Positions 22,551 through 40,760 of a DNA stretch of 64,000 nt are shown in pieces. The DNA is taken from the NCBI RefSeq assembly GCF_009914755.1, contig NC_060946.1; one strand, written 5' to 3'. The stretch's first letter is position 1; every line of letters begins with the position of its first letter. The notes under the pieces were generated by a model that ran no database searches, was not told where the DNA came from, and saw only the letters and a program-made list of their open reading frames with translations. Source of the stretch: the human T2T-CHM13v2.0 reference genome, Homo sapiens. Both the position numbers and the translations under genes were made by a program.

Positions 22551-25189
22551 GGCACAGAAGACAGAAGAACAGATTTCCTGTTCCGGAATGATTTCCAGAC
22601 CACCCCACCTCCAGGCTTGGCACCCACTGCATGGACTGCCTAGCTTTGGCCCAACTTGTTGCCCTCTCTCTTACTCCCTCTTTCAAGTTCCTCTCTAAGT
22701 CCCCTTTCTTAGGCAAAGGGAGTGAGCGCTCTCCATTCCTGTGCCTAAAGCTTCCAGACTCAACTTTGCACAGCCCAAGCACATCAGAGCTCTTGGCTGC
22801 AGGAGAGGCCTTCCAGGCCATAAGCAGCACGAAGGACCAGTGGGGACCTGGCAGTTAGCACTCCTCCTTTCATAGGAGGCATCCCTTGAGTGGCACTTGT
22901 GGTTTTAAGTAGTAATTTTCCCCCTCCCTTTAGGTTATTTTCCAATAGAAGGCTGAGGCAATCTATGATCTTTATGTCATTCTTTCATTTACTCATTTAT
23001 CCATCCAATACATATATTGAGCAAAGTCAGTGTGCTAAGTGCAGATGCTGGGGGAACAAATACAGACAGGCTTGTTTCCAGAAGCAAGCTAATGGATTGC
23101 TCACCTCACCTGCGGGCTATGGTGACAGTGGAAATGATTTATGCCCTGGGAATTGCCCTATGCACCGAAACCTAAACTCATAAGATGTTATTGAGGGGAG
23201 CGAGTACTCTTTACCTTGCAAAAGGATTCACTGCAGGATTAAATAAAGCTGGAGAATTTTAGAATTTGAAAAGACGTCAGGGGACCTGCTCCTTCAATCC
23301 CTTCATTAGTTATTGGTGAAAAGTGAGATTTAAAAAGCTTAAGAGACTTGCTTAGAGTTATTCAGCAATGCCAGAGCCAGCGGGTCAGAGCCAGCACTGT
23401 TCTGTTCATTCTCAGTGCTGGTCTCTTTCCATCAGGCCCTGTATGATGTAGAGATGCTCCAGCGATGCTGCTGCTGCTGCTAACCAGGTCAATATTTATC
23501 GAGTGCTTTCTGTGTGCCAGACACAGTTCTAAGCGCTTTTTACATGTTACAGCATTGCTCTCACGGCAATCCCGTTAACAACACTGAGGCAGAGCTGAGA
23601 CACAGAGAGATTAGACAACTTGTCTAAGGTCACACAGCTCAGAAGGACTGGTCTTGGGCTTCTTATCCATTTGTCTTTTGAGCCCACGCTCTGAACCGCA
23701 ACACTGCGGCTTTTTCTTTAGAATGACTCCCTGACCAGCAGTCCCTATAGAGAAATGTGTTTCCACTCACATATTGAAAGAAAAGTACTTCTGTATTGAA
23801 CAATGTTTCAGTGCTTTTAAAACCAAAGCTTGGTATCATACCTTTTGGCAGCTCTTTTAAAGTTGTCATATATAGAGCTGCCACTAAAACTTGTAAAGCT
23901 TTGTGGATAAAAGCAGCATGAAAAGCAGTTCATATGATGTGTGTGACAACAAACAGAATTGTGATCCAAATTACAGGTGAAACGGGACAGTGGCCCCCGG
24001 GAGGCTAGCAATACCTGCAGAGGCTTACAGAGTGAGATGTTTGTAAATAAAGCCATTCAAACATCAATTGTGTGTGGTTTTCTTGAGAAGCAACTGTATT
24101 TAAGGGACTGCTTATACAAAATCAAGTTCTTCTTAGCAAGGATTGCTTTAAATATTCAGACTTGAATGAAGGCCAGTCATGTTCTGCCATTTTCAAAAAT
24201 TTTCTAACTGAAGTCTTAGAGTTGATTTTCTTTTCATTTGTGATTAATTTCCCAGAATAACATTCCCAGCTCCCACCCCACCCAGCGTTTATAGATTCTG
24301 AGTGTAGGAAGTCCTAGTAAAGCCCAGAATCTAAAACAAGTAAGACCAGTCAGCTCTCTAGTTAGCTTTTTTCCTTCAAGTTGTTAGCAAAATAAACTCT
24401 GGAAAGCCTAAACTTTAATGCACCCATCTCAGCAACATCTCCTGTAACGATGGAAAGGCACAGAAAAGAAGAAAAGGGAACATTATTAATCTTGTGGGAA
24501 CGCTGGAGTTTTGTCTATTATCACAAGCAGCGTGAGCCCCAAGTCATTTAAATCCTCTGGGGGTGGGAAACATAATTATTTGCAAGGGAGCATTATTAGC
24601 TAAGTACAAATGGGTTGCTATTTGTTTTCTCTGTTCTTTGTGATGATTACAGGCTGGGGATGGCGTTTAGTAACAGGATCCAGCAGGTCAGTTATGACAA
24701 CTTCATCACTGTCATTAACCCCTTTTGTTTGCAGTGAACACAAAAAGCTGTTCAGTATCAAGAGAGTCAAGAAAAAGAGAAAGAAGAGGGGGTAGAGAAA
24801 GTGAGACAACCAAAGAGACAGCCAGGGAACAGAAATTCATACACTATGAACACCAGAAAAAAATACCCCTGGGTAATTGAGTCACCTGACTCAAATGGTG
24901 TAGGGGCCTCAGTTAGAGGATCAAATTTTGGACTCCTTGGTCTTTCTGCCAAAACAGTAATTGCTCATACTTATAAATACAAATGTTTTTGCCATTTGGT
25001 TTCCTAGAAATGCCCTAGACGGAGATGTTATTTTTGGTAAGGGGTCTTCCTGCTTCAAGTATAATGACTGTGAACAACTAGTTTCAGTATCTTCTCTAGC
25101 ATGCCAGGGTAAAATGAAGCAAAATAAATAGAGGAAGTGCTTATAATCTTTATTGAGGATCTACCAGGTGCCAGGAAAGATGCATTTTT

Positions 25190-26190
<1,001 letters not shown>

Positions 26191-26998
26191 ACTGTCTTCC
26201 TGTTTTTAAGGAAAAAAAAAAAAAGTGGGTAGAAGATGAAAGTTTGATATTTCGCTCATGCATAGCTTTGTCTCATTAATATATTTTGTGCTTGCCTGTC
26301 ATTTCAGCTTTCTGCTGCCAGACCAAGCTCCTTTGACTGCCATTCCTACTTCTGACACTCCTCTTGTCCTTTTCAGGACAACTTTATGCCTATTGTGCCT
26401 TGGATCTTGAGAAATATGTGGTAAAACTGGCCAGTGGTGATGGCAGGCATAGCAGGGAATCAGATTGAGGGGGGCTGCCGGGTGAGAGAGAAAACAAAAG
26501 AGGGAAACAGGCTACTTGATGACGGAATCAGGCTGCTTCTGCAATGACATTACATGAAATAATCTGAAATACGATCTTAACTGTATCTGGTGGGTCCCGT
26601 TAACCCTGTAAGTTATGGACAGAACATTTACTCAAATTGTAGCCAAGTCTAGGCTCATGGGAACACGTGACCAATTCAGGTGAATGAAAGGGACTTTAAA
26701 ACATTAATTTCCAGCTTAGGTCTTCCTAAGACTGCCTGCATGTTCCTTAACACCACTCCAGCCTGAGTGTCACGTGGATCCTGAATGCGGACTTGTGTGC
26801 ACACTGCTGAAAAATAAGCAACTGAAAACCCCAGGCAGCGGGGTGGAGTGATGATGAAAGACACCGAGACCTATCGGGAAGCTGGAAATTCCCCCCCAGC
26901 TTCGGTGTTTGGGCTGTATCTCGCTTTTCCACTTCCCTAAATCACCCCCGTGGTGCGAGTGTGCTCGCAGCAGATGCTCCCTAATTGTCTCTTGTATT

Positions 26999-27448
26999 TG
27001 TAGCAGGATGAGCAGCAAACAAAACTCCTCAGACACCGAGTTAAAGAAGGAAGGGGTTTATTCAGCCGGGGGCATCGGCAAGACTCCCGTCTCAAGAGCC
27101 GAGCTCCCCGAGTGAGCAATTCCTGTGCCTTCAACTCTAAGTGGGTGCGTGTGAGAGGGTCGTGATTGATTGAGCAAGCTGGGGGTAAGTGACTGGGAGC
27201 TGCACGCACTGCTAAGTAGATCGGAACAAAACAGGATAGGGATTTCACAATGCTTTTCTATACAATGTTTGTAATCTCTAGATAACATAACCGATTAGGT
27301 CAGGGGTCGATCTTTAACTACCAGGCCCAGGGTGTGGCGCTGGGCTGTCGGCTTGTGGATTTCATTTCTGCCTTTTAGTTTTTACTTTTTCTTTCTTTGG
27401 TCGCAGAAACTAGGTATAAGACAATATGAGAGGTGGTCTCCTCCCTTA
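26999..27448 (-). mobile_element. Solo LTR2 (HERV-E family) with 4-bp TSD TATT
   Basis: Minus strand begins TAAGGGAGGAGACCACC...TCATATTGTCTTAT and ends GTCTGAGGAGTTTTG...TCCTGCTACA. TATT flanks both sides (26995-26998, 27449-27452). Confidence 0.88.
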
Positions 27449-27679
27449 TATTGACAGTAAAACCCCAAGGGCAGGAATACTCTTATTTCTCAACACCATT
27501 TCAACAACCAAACTAAAACCTCTCACCTGAGTGTAAGGGAGTGGTGACCTTCTTAAGCCGGGAGCTCTTCCATCAGGGGGTTCCCTAAGGGCATCTCTGT
27601 TCCTAGCGGGGGAGCCGTCACCCCACTTTGCTCTGCTTAGCCTGAGACACGCAATTTTCTCCAGCTTTTACTCTTCGCT

Positions 27680-28760
27680 GAATTCTCAAGGCGGGGTTGG
27701 GGGGATGTTCAGGCTCAGGAAGGAGGTTGGGGGCCCGGCCGCTGGACGCTGTTCACCGGTAGCCCGGACCAGAGCAGGAGTTTCATCACCACCTGCGGGG
27801 ACAGGTGGGACACATGCATTTCCGGGGCCATCCTAGACCTCCTGGAGGATGCTGATTGACACTGTCCAGTTTGAGAACTACTGTGTCCCCGGAGCAGAGG
27901 CCTCCCCATTGCCCTTGGGTAGCGGGCGTCGGGCACAGGGCTTCTCCGGATGAGCGGGGCGGGCATGAGAGCACATGGAACTGGGGGCGGGAGGTCGGGG
28001 CAGCCAAGGAGGAGAAGGAGGAGGCGGAGGGGGAGGGAGGGGAGGAAGAAGAGGAGGAGGAGTCCTTTGTGGCCACCCGGAGGGGAGAGACTTGGTTGGG
28101 AGGCGCCAACCGAGCTGGCCGCTGGGACTCTGCACCCAGGTGCGCCAACCCTTGGGCGCACGCTCCCCGCAGACCCTCGCTGAAGGAGCGGTGGGCGGCG
28201 CGCCGCGACCCTGGCGGGCTACAGATTACACCGCTTGCAGGGCGCTGCTGGGGCGCGCAGAGCGGGGCTGCCCCAGGGTGGCTCCCCCAGGTTGGGGCGC
28301 GGCGGGCGGCGGCCGCGGGCGCGCGTCCCATCCGGGTCCCGAGTAACCGCCACCGCCGCTGCCAAAGCTCGCCAACATGGTGGACCTGGAGGCCGTGGTG
28401 GCCGATGTCAGTTACCTGATGGCCATGGAGAAGAGCAAGGCGACCCCGGCCGACCACGCCTGCAAGAGGACCGTCCTGCCCGAACCCACGTACCACCTGC
28501 CCCGGCCCGCGCCGGTCCCCGACGCCGCCGCCCCCTGCGGCCGCCAGCGACCCCCTGCGTCCGGGAGAATCGGGAGCTGAGCCGTCGCTGTCCCGGAGCG
28601 GGTGACACAGCGGAGCGGGCGATGCGGGGCCGGCCTCCTGGCTCCAGTCTCTGAAATGGGGCATCGGAGGGCGGGTGGGGGGCACTCCGGGAGAGAGCGC
28701 TCCAAAGTGCCTGGCGCCGCGCCCTGCGCGCAGCTAGCACCCCAGCAAGGGGCTGGTTAT
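27680..28760. promoter_or_regulatory. CpG island / promoter paralogous to the GRK3 (ADRBK2) 5' end
   Basis: High CpG density, GC boxes and a purine-rich (GAG)n tract at ~28008-28062, surrounding a GRK-like first coding exon. Confidence 0.85.
28377..28489 (+). pseudogene. Duplicated GRK3 (beta-adrenergic receptor kinase 2) coding exon 1; unprocessed partial pseudogene fragment
   Basis: Kozak GCCAACATGG. Translation [37 protein letters not shown] vs GRK3 [37 protein letters not shown]. It is 113 nt to a GTACCA donor at 28490. No further GRK exons are recognisable in the window. Confidence 0.9.
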
Positions 28761-30589
28761 GACTTGGCTGGACCAGTTCCATCCCTGTCGCCCCCTCCCC
28801 CAGCCCTGTCCTCTCCTGTCCCATCCCCGTGGTTCTACCTGTTGCATTGGTGTGGTCCCTTTGGGCTCCTTGCCTGTCACTCGTTTGCGCTCCATCCTGG
28901 TCGCTCCTTCTTCCCGGGCTCTGTGGTTCCCCTTTCCAACTCCATCCTTTCAGCTCCCTCTGGGCCGATTATCTGGGGACTGCAGGCTTGTTGCTTACTG
29001 TCCGAGGTAGTTAAACTGCTCTTTTCAGTGCTTGCTCTTCTTGAAGTCCCTAAGTCTAGTCACCTTCTTCGTCTCCTCTTCTATTGTCTGCCCAGGCAGG
29101 ATTTCGACCCACTCAGTATTCTTTTTGGTGCCAAGTGTGTCACCTGAGCTGCTTTCCTCAACTTGCAGATCTACTGGTAGTACTTTATTAAAAAATTGAA
29201 ATGGGATTCATTTAAAAAGGCACTTGAATGGATGATTCCAGACAGGAATTTGTTGTTAAATTATCAAAGGAGGGCCTGATTGAATTGGCGAGGGGCTCGG
29301 TGAGGTCCATACCAAGTTGCAATTTTCCCTCAAATGATTTATTATTAAGGAACTAGTAAAATTTTTTGCCAGCTCATGTCATTAGCACTTCCCCGGAAAA
29401 AAATAGTTCATCAGGTTAATAGTGAGTTTTAAATAATGTATCAAGGCTTCAGCGATGGATTTTTTTTTCTCTAGCTCCTTTCCTAATTAACACCATCATG
29501 AGTTGTACAGCTAATGAGGTTCCTTAATGCTAAATAGCTCTTTGAATTGATGCTCAAAAGAGGCATTTTCTTTATGGTGAATTTGAAACCATGCAATTCT
29601 ATAAAATGTTGGAATTTAAACCAAAGTTATTGTCCATTTGAAATCATCAGTCCTTCAAGTGTTAGGCGCCCAAAATTGCTTAAATGTTACCTAATGCTAA
29701 GTGATCATAATGTGATTTTTTTACAAGTCCATCTATGAGCCCTATGATACAGAAAATACCAGTCCCCTTGTTATTTCTTGTGAAAAAGCTAAATTGTGCA
29801 AATGAAGACATGCTTGCTAGATATTTTGGGCTTGCTTCTCCCTCCTTAGCCCATGCCTCTTGTTGGTTTTGCAGGATGTGCTACTCTTTGATAGACAATG
29901 CCAAGTAGTGAAAATAAGGAAAAAGTGCAAACCCTTCTGCAATGTCGTGAGTTTAACACCCCTATGCCAGAGTGTAGCATATCAGAAGCTAATTGAAAAA
30001 ATCAATGCTGCTTAAAATTTCTGGCAAATGGGAAACTTACTTAGAGAACAAGAACTCCTATATCAAACCTAAATTTCACCAAAAAAACTGAATATTTCTA
30101 TAAAGGTGGTAGAAAATTCCTTTTTCTCTTGCCTTTCCTAGTGTCCCTCCGCCACCCAAGGTCAGGGAGTCCTGAATATGTAGGGTTTCTAGATATAAAA
30201 TTGATAAATCTCAACTCATGGGCAGTTTTTTTGGGGGGGGGTAGTATATAATATTACTAAAGTTAGGAACTTCTGTTCAGTTTTTATTTTTTTTCTTGGG
30301 GTTTCCATTTTTAGTGTCCCTCTTAAGAACATACTTATGTGCTTAGGATGTTCACTTCCTTGTATGAATGCCTTTGTTTTTCAGTGGTATTCTTTGTTAA
30401 TGCTTTAAGGCAGAGTAAGTGACAGCCAGCATATTTCTCGTGACATTTGAAAACTGAGAAATACCAACCAGAGAGTAATTTTAGGAAACAGCCCTTCAGT
30501 AATTGTTATTCTGTTGCTCTTTTTAAAATAGACTCTCCAATTGGGCCATTGGAACCTCCTCCTGAGATTCCAATTTGTTTCCTTTTTTC

Positions 30590-32133
<1,544 letters not shown>

Positions 32134-34579
32134 AAGAAATACTTTTATTTAAGTAAGGTCTAATTCACAAGCAAAGTCCCACAAAGGGTCAACATCTTAA
32201 GCCCTCAAGTGATTCAGACGACTTTTACTGTAGGCGGTATTACTTTGTTACTCTTTTTAAAAACAGAATGAAATTCAGATGACTTGAAATCACACATAGT
32301 TGAAAGAGGTTGAGTAATGTGAACTTCATCTTTCCCCTGGAGTCTCATTTCTATTTACTGGACATTTCAAATGTTGGATCACCTATTGCAAAGCTTGTCC
32401 TTTCAAAGTATTCATAAATATGATAGGAAGGTCTGAAACAACATTTTAAAGATTCTTTATAATTTTCTAGGAACACTGACAGTCCTTAAAGGACATTTAT
32501 GATACCATTTATGACATTAATTCAGTACATAGTTGCAGAGCCATTTCTATGAGCCAGGCATGGGGTACTATGACAAACCCAGCCACGGCCCCTTCCTTCA
32601 TGGAGCTTATAGACTAGTGTGAAACATACAGAGTTGAGTCAAGAAGGATGTTTGCTTTAAAGTGTAATTGCTTGAAGATTTTATTTAACCACAAACAAAT
32701 AGTGTATGGATAACTTTTATTATTCTATACGCATAGAATATAGAATAATAACAAAGAATGAATATAGAATATAGGATAATGCATAGAACACATGATGTTT
32801 AGTGTTTTACAATAATTTGTTAGTGAGTACCTTTGAAGAACTATCTAAACATAGTCTCCATAGTGATATGGTAGTTTGCATCTTTCTGTTTGTGTAGCCA
32901 CCACAAGTGGCCTTGTTTTCTTCTTTAGTGGACATGGAATTTATTTAGTAATTTTCTAGCTTCAATCAGTAAGTGATTGGTGGATAACTTGAAATTTTCT
33001 GCTCCATTTAGGCTGTAGAGTTTTCTGTGTCTTCACTGTCCTGTGCTCATAGCCCAATTTTGAACTGAAAAGTCCATGTTGAAAGCACAAATAGCCTTTA
33101 GAAAGAAAGTATTCCTTATTATTGATAGGAGTAGTTCTATGTGTAAGAAACGGTAGTGTTCTTGCTTCTTTACATTATGGTACAAATTCAAAACGTAAAT
33201 TGTAATTTGTGATTTATTTTGTGTTTATTACAGTAGATGGTCATTTAATTCATGTTTATTACAGTAGATGGTCATTTATTTAGAGTTTAAGAAAACTCCA
33301 CTAAGATTTGTAGATTGCATGTTATAGTTTTATATACATTAACTCTTTTTAGTTTTTACAATTATGCTTGATAATAGGTAGAAATTTCAAAAAGAAAAAA
33401 ATTACTCCAGATACATCCATGTGGAGACATTGAGAGGTATATTTTATCTGTTTGAGGACAGCTGGTTTTCTCCTTAGATACTAGTATCTTGACTGTGGGG
33501 CAAGGAGTGGCTTTCAGCCTTCCAGACTCAGAAACTAGATTTTATTATATCACTGTATTAAGCATCTGTCTCTTATTGTGAAACTCACATAATCAGCCAA
33601 GTCTGCCTGACTAAATTATTCTCTTTCTATAGGCCTCTGGTTCTTATTTTAAGATTAAAGACCCTTTTGAGAATCCTACTAAGTGAGAGCCTCCCCCTCC
33701 CAAAAGTGCGCTAACTCACTTACACAGATTTATCTGAAAAGCTACACTATAACTAGAATGTCCAGTTTGCTACATTGCATTAAACACTGGCTCCCACAGG
33801 AGCCTACGTGCCCAGCGTCTGTGTGGCTGGAGCTCTCTCTCTTGTGGGTCCCCCTTGTGGGAAGCAAAATGACCATCAGAAGGTGGTGTAGCGGGCACAG
33901 ACCCACAGTCAGATGAGTCAGATGGTTACTTGGGACCAAGTCACCCCTCCTAGGAGAGGCTTACGCTGGATGTCCAGTACTTGCAATCCCCGACTACGGT
34001 GGCTTTGGGACAAGTCATCTTTCCTTATTTTCATGTTTCCCATTGTAATTGGTGGGCACACGTCCACTGGATTTGAGACTATAGTTCATGAAACCACTGC
34101 CAAAGCTGCCTAGACCAGAAACCTTTGGCATTTCTCGGCCCTTTGTGTTATGTATTGACTTAGTTTTTATTCTCAGAGAGCAAGCTTTTTTCTTTATTTA
34201 GAGATTCTGGAAATGGCTCTGAAATACTCATTGTCTTATTTTAGAAGAAGGAAATTCAGGTTCAGGGACAAGCTAATTGCTAATTGCACAAGCTGATGGC
34301 TTCTGCTTCCAGTAGGGGGAGGTAAAATAAACTATGTTACGTCCATGGTAGGGAACACTAAACATTTAAGATATGTTTTTGACAACTGTAATGGCATAAC
34401 AAATATTTTAAAACATTTTAAACATTTGAAATATTTCTATTTTAATTTAAAGTTTACTGTTTTTGGTGTAGCTAATAAAACCTAGTATAATTTTTAAAAT
34501 ATCATTGACTCATGTAACTATCACAATTGAAATACAGAATATTTCCACCCCCCCCCCCCCAAATTTCTCTAAGCACTCC

Positions 34580-36628
<2,049 letters not shown>

Positions 36629-39539
36629 TCATGCAGGCCCTGCCCCCTTCTCAGGGCTCTGTAGGAACTGTTCAAAATGCTAGGTGCAGAGCTATGGCCA
36701 ACTGTAGGGCACAGCCAGACACTCAGAGCTCAGAGGGACCCAGGGTGGGCAGGATTGGCCAAAGCCGGAAGTGGGTACCTGCAGGTCACACGCCACCTGC
36801 TGCCTCTAGACCTTGGATATTTCAGGGGGCTTGGCCAGTTACAGGGAGGGAAAGGGAAATGGGGACCCTTCCAATTGCTGCCGTGGGACCCTAAGGTCTT
36901 GGGTAGTGACAAGGAACCTGGAAGCACAGCTGCCCCCAAGAGGCCTTCCAGGGTCTCTCCTTCATGGGCAGGACTTCAGACTGGACAGTTACTTATCCGT
37001 TTTTCCATCAGTCTGTCCATCCATATATCTGTCCATACACACACACACCCACCCTTCCACAAGCCCCCTGAGGCTTCCTGGGGCCTGACCTATATAGACC
37101 CTCAGCTCCTGATGTCCCAGGCAAGGCAGGATCGGCCTAGCCCAGCCCCAGGTGAGACCTGAAGTGTGCCTGCTCATGCACCGTGGCAGAAGGGGACTGT
37201 GGCACTGGGGTCCCCTGGGAGTACTTGTCCCTGCCCAGTCCAGAGCTCAGGCTGCAGGAAAGACCCTCTGTGAAGAAAATGAGGGGCAGGGGATACTGGG
37301 GATTCCATGTCAGCAAAGGTGGCCTGGGGGCAGTGGCAACCTCAGACAGGCCTGGGAGCTGCAACCAGGGCTGGAGGGCAGAGGGAGGAAGGGCATGCTG
37401 GAAGATGGGTGTGAGCAAAGGCACAGGAGTGACCTCAGCGCCCCTTCTCTCAACAGGGATATGGCAGGTGCACATGGGCCCCCATAAAAGCACGCTGAGG
37501 GATCATCTCAGAGACCCTAGAACCTGTCTGCCATACCACGTGCTCTGCCACCCTGCTCACCACCCAAAAATTCCTTCCATTCTGCCGCATGGCTGGGCCC
37601 TGCACTGGGCCAGGCCTTCATGGCGGGCAGGGGACAAGGGAGGGAGGGGGTCTGGGCCCTGAATGGGACACAGACAGTGGCCACCTGGTAAAGAAGACTG
37701 AATGAGCAGAGGATGCGGGTAGGCAGGTCCAGGGCAGGGCCCTGCAGGGTGCACAAGAGTTCTCTGGGGTGGATGGTAGACCAGGGCTGTGAACACGCAC
37801 GCTGGGCTGGGCCAGCAGGCTAACATGTCCTAAGCCCCAGAGCTCTGCAGAGGGGCAGGAACAGGGCCCAGAGGGAGCAAGGCCGAGAATAAAGGCCCTG
37901 AATGCCTCAGATCTGGCCAGATCTGCTAAAGACAGTTGCGTCCTGTGTTGAAACGCTATTGAGTGGCCTTACTGTCCCTGTACCATTTATAAAATATGGG
38001 ACACGTGTTATCCGGCTGAGCCACTCAGGGATTCTGTGGGGCCCACAGCCAGAATCACGGTCCCATTTCATAGGTAGGATAACTGAGGCCCGGAGCAGTT
38101 AAATCCCAAAGAGTGAGGCAGAGCCAGCTCAGGGGTGTCCTGACTTTCAGCCCAGGGCCTCCCATCTGACAAATGGGGAAATCGAGATCAGGAGAGGAAG
38201 GGGCCTGCCCAAGCTCACATGGGAGCACACCTGTATGGAACACACTTGTATGGAGGGCGCCTGTATGGAGCACTGCCCTCTGCCAGGCACGAGATATGCT
38301 CAGGTGGGGTGACCTCCCTTTACCATTCCCCAGCTCTGACCCCATTTCGGGGATGCAGAAAAGAGGCCTCAGAGCAGAGTAAGGCCGAGTCAGGGCTACA
38401 GAGTCCGATGGCCACCCCTCCCCTGAACGGCTAGGAGGAGGGAGGGCAGCTGGCAAAGGCCTGCAGGAGCCCAGAGCGTGTTCTTCCAAGTGGAGCCTCT
38501 GCTGTGGGAGCCCCAGCCACGGGGTCAGACAGAAAAGGGGTCCCGCCCAAGCTCAGCCCTCAGCAGCCCTTGACCTCAGGCAGTTTGACTCCCTTCAATG
38601 GGCTTCAGTTTCCTCCTCTGTACAGGGGGGTGATAACAGTCTCTCCCCACAGGTTGGTTTTGGGGATTAAATGAGAATGCCTAGGGAGTGCCAGGCCCAC
38701 GGGGACCCTCACCTACCCACAGCCATTGCTGTTATCTCCTGGGTTCTTGCCTGGGCCTGTGGGTGACACACTGTGTGATCCTGGGCAAGTGCCTTTCCCT
38801 CCCTGGGCCCAGCCTTTGCTCTGGTCAAGGAAAAGCTGGGTCAGGGACCCTGAGGACCAGCCATTCAGGAAACCAGTAGCTTCCTGGGTGAAGGAGTTGG
38901 CCAGGGAGGCCTGGAGGGGCAGCGTGGTCTGAGGTGAGAGTAGGGTGGGGGCCAGGCCAAGGGATGGGGGTGGGGGATTCACCTTCCCAGCTCTGGTGGC
39001 CCTGCCTGCAGCTGGCTGACCTTGGGAATCCCCAGGCTAAGGTTAATCTTAACACTGACCTAAACCAGAACTCAGGGTGACAAGGGAAAAAACTAAGGCA
39101 AGGAGAAGCCAAGGCTGCCGCGTGGGATGTGGGACAGGAGAAAAACAAGACAGATGTGGCCAGGGAGAGGGGGAGCGTATTTCAGGGCTGCACTGGGTGT
39201 TCATGCAGCTCACAGGTGAGGGTGGAACAGCCCTCTCCCTACATCCCACCTGCTCCCAGCCCCAGCCCCCCACCAGGCCTGATGCTGCCCCCTGGCTGCC
39301 TTCCCACACCCTGAGCTCCACCTTGGGTCCTGGAGCTCTGGAGGACCTGGCTTCAAGGGATCTTACCTACCCCTTCCAGGACCCTCTTTGACTAAGGAAA
39401 AGCTGTGGCCTCCCAGAGATGCAGCCTTTTCCCAAGTCTCCAGACTCTTCATCCCATCTCATCCCCAGCTTAGTGCCTGGCGCATACACGGCTCCCAACC
39501 AACAGTTTATCTGTGTATTTATGTACTTCTCTTTCTTTT

Positions 39540-40760
39540 TTCTTTTTTTTTTTTTTGAGACAGGGTCTCCTTCTGTCACCCAGGCTGGAGTGCAGTAGTG
39601 TGATCATGGCTCACTGCAGCCTTGACCTCCAGGGCTCAATAGATGCCCTGGCCTTAGCTTCCTGAGTGGCCGCATAGCTGCACCTATAGGTGACCGGCTA
39701 ATTTTAGGTTTTGTTTTGTTGTGTTGTGTTGTAGAGACTGGGTTTCACCATGTTGCCCAGGCTGGTCTCAAACTTCTGGGTTCACACACTTCACCTGCCT
39801 TGGCCTCCCAAATTCTGGAATTATAGATGTAAGCCACTGTGTCCTGCCAACAGTTTAAATGAGGGAGGGATGGAAGGAGGGAGGAAGGAAAGAGGGAAGG
39901 AGGCAAGGAATGAAGGAAAAGAGAGATGGGTCTGTCAATGAAAGTTATTACAAGAGACAAAGAAGGACATTATATATTGATAAATAAGTTACTTCATCAA
40001 GAAGATGTAACAATTAGTACATGTGCGTCTAACCACAGAGCCCCCAAGTATAGGAAGTAATGACTGATGGAATTGAAGAGAGAAACAGACAGCTTCGCAA
40101 TAATAGTTGCAATACTATACTGTCAATACTGGCTAGAACAATGAGACAGAAGATCAATAAAGAAGTAGAGAACTTGAAAAACTATAAATCAGCTAGACCT
40201 GACAACATCTACAACAGACTCACAGAATACAGATTCTTCTCCAGCACACATGGAGTGTTCTCTGGAATATACCTTGTATTAGACCATGAAACAAATCTCA
40301 TTAATTTAAAAGCACTAAAATCAAAATATCTTTTCTGCGAGAGAAAAAGGTAGAAATAAGAAAGGAAATCTGAATTCAGGAATATGTAAAGATTAAACAC
40401 ACTCCTAAACAATCAATGAATCAAAGCAGAAATTACAAGTGATGTTCGAAAATTCTTTGAGATAAATGAAAATGGAAACAAAGCACACCAAACTTGTAGG
40501 AGGCTGTGAGACCAGTGCTCAGAAGAAAATGTAGAGTGGGGAGGTCACGGTGGGAAGATGGCATGAGGCCAGGAGTTTAAACCAGCCTGGGCGACAAAAT
40601 GAGACCCCTTTGCACAAACAAAAATAAACAGGTGGGTGCCATGTACCTGTGGTCACAACTACTTGCGAAGCTGAGGTGGGAGGGTTCTTGAGTCCAGTAG
40701 ATCAAGGCTACAGTGAGCTGTGATCGTGTCACCACACACCAGCCTGGATGCAAGACTCTG
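39540..40760. mobile_element. AluJ (-, ~39540-39848), degraded L1 ORF2 endonuclease-region fragment (+, ~39930-40535) and partial Alu (+)
   Basis: AGAGACAAAGAAGGACATTATATATTGATAAA (RDKEGHYIL, L1 ORF2 EN-like) with stops and frameshifts. Confidence 0.8.

Noticed and set aside
28377-28489. Calling this the functional GRK3 gene
   Set aside because: Several substitutions versus the conserved GRK3 N-terminus, an altered donor, and replacement by unrelated duplicons downstream with no further GRK exons.
27786-28685. 299-aa minus-strand ORF and other overlapping ORFs in the GRK3-like island
   Set aside because: GC-content artefacts antisense to or overlapping the GRK-like exon, with no homology.
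33222-33278. 31-bp-period tandem duplication (TGTTTATTACAGTAGATGGTCATTTA x2)
   Set aside because: A simple local slippage duplication with no evidence of function.
40060-40353. 97-aa ORF resembling L1 ORF2
   Set aside because: A degraded, frameshifted old L1 fragment that is not retrotransposition-competent.
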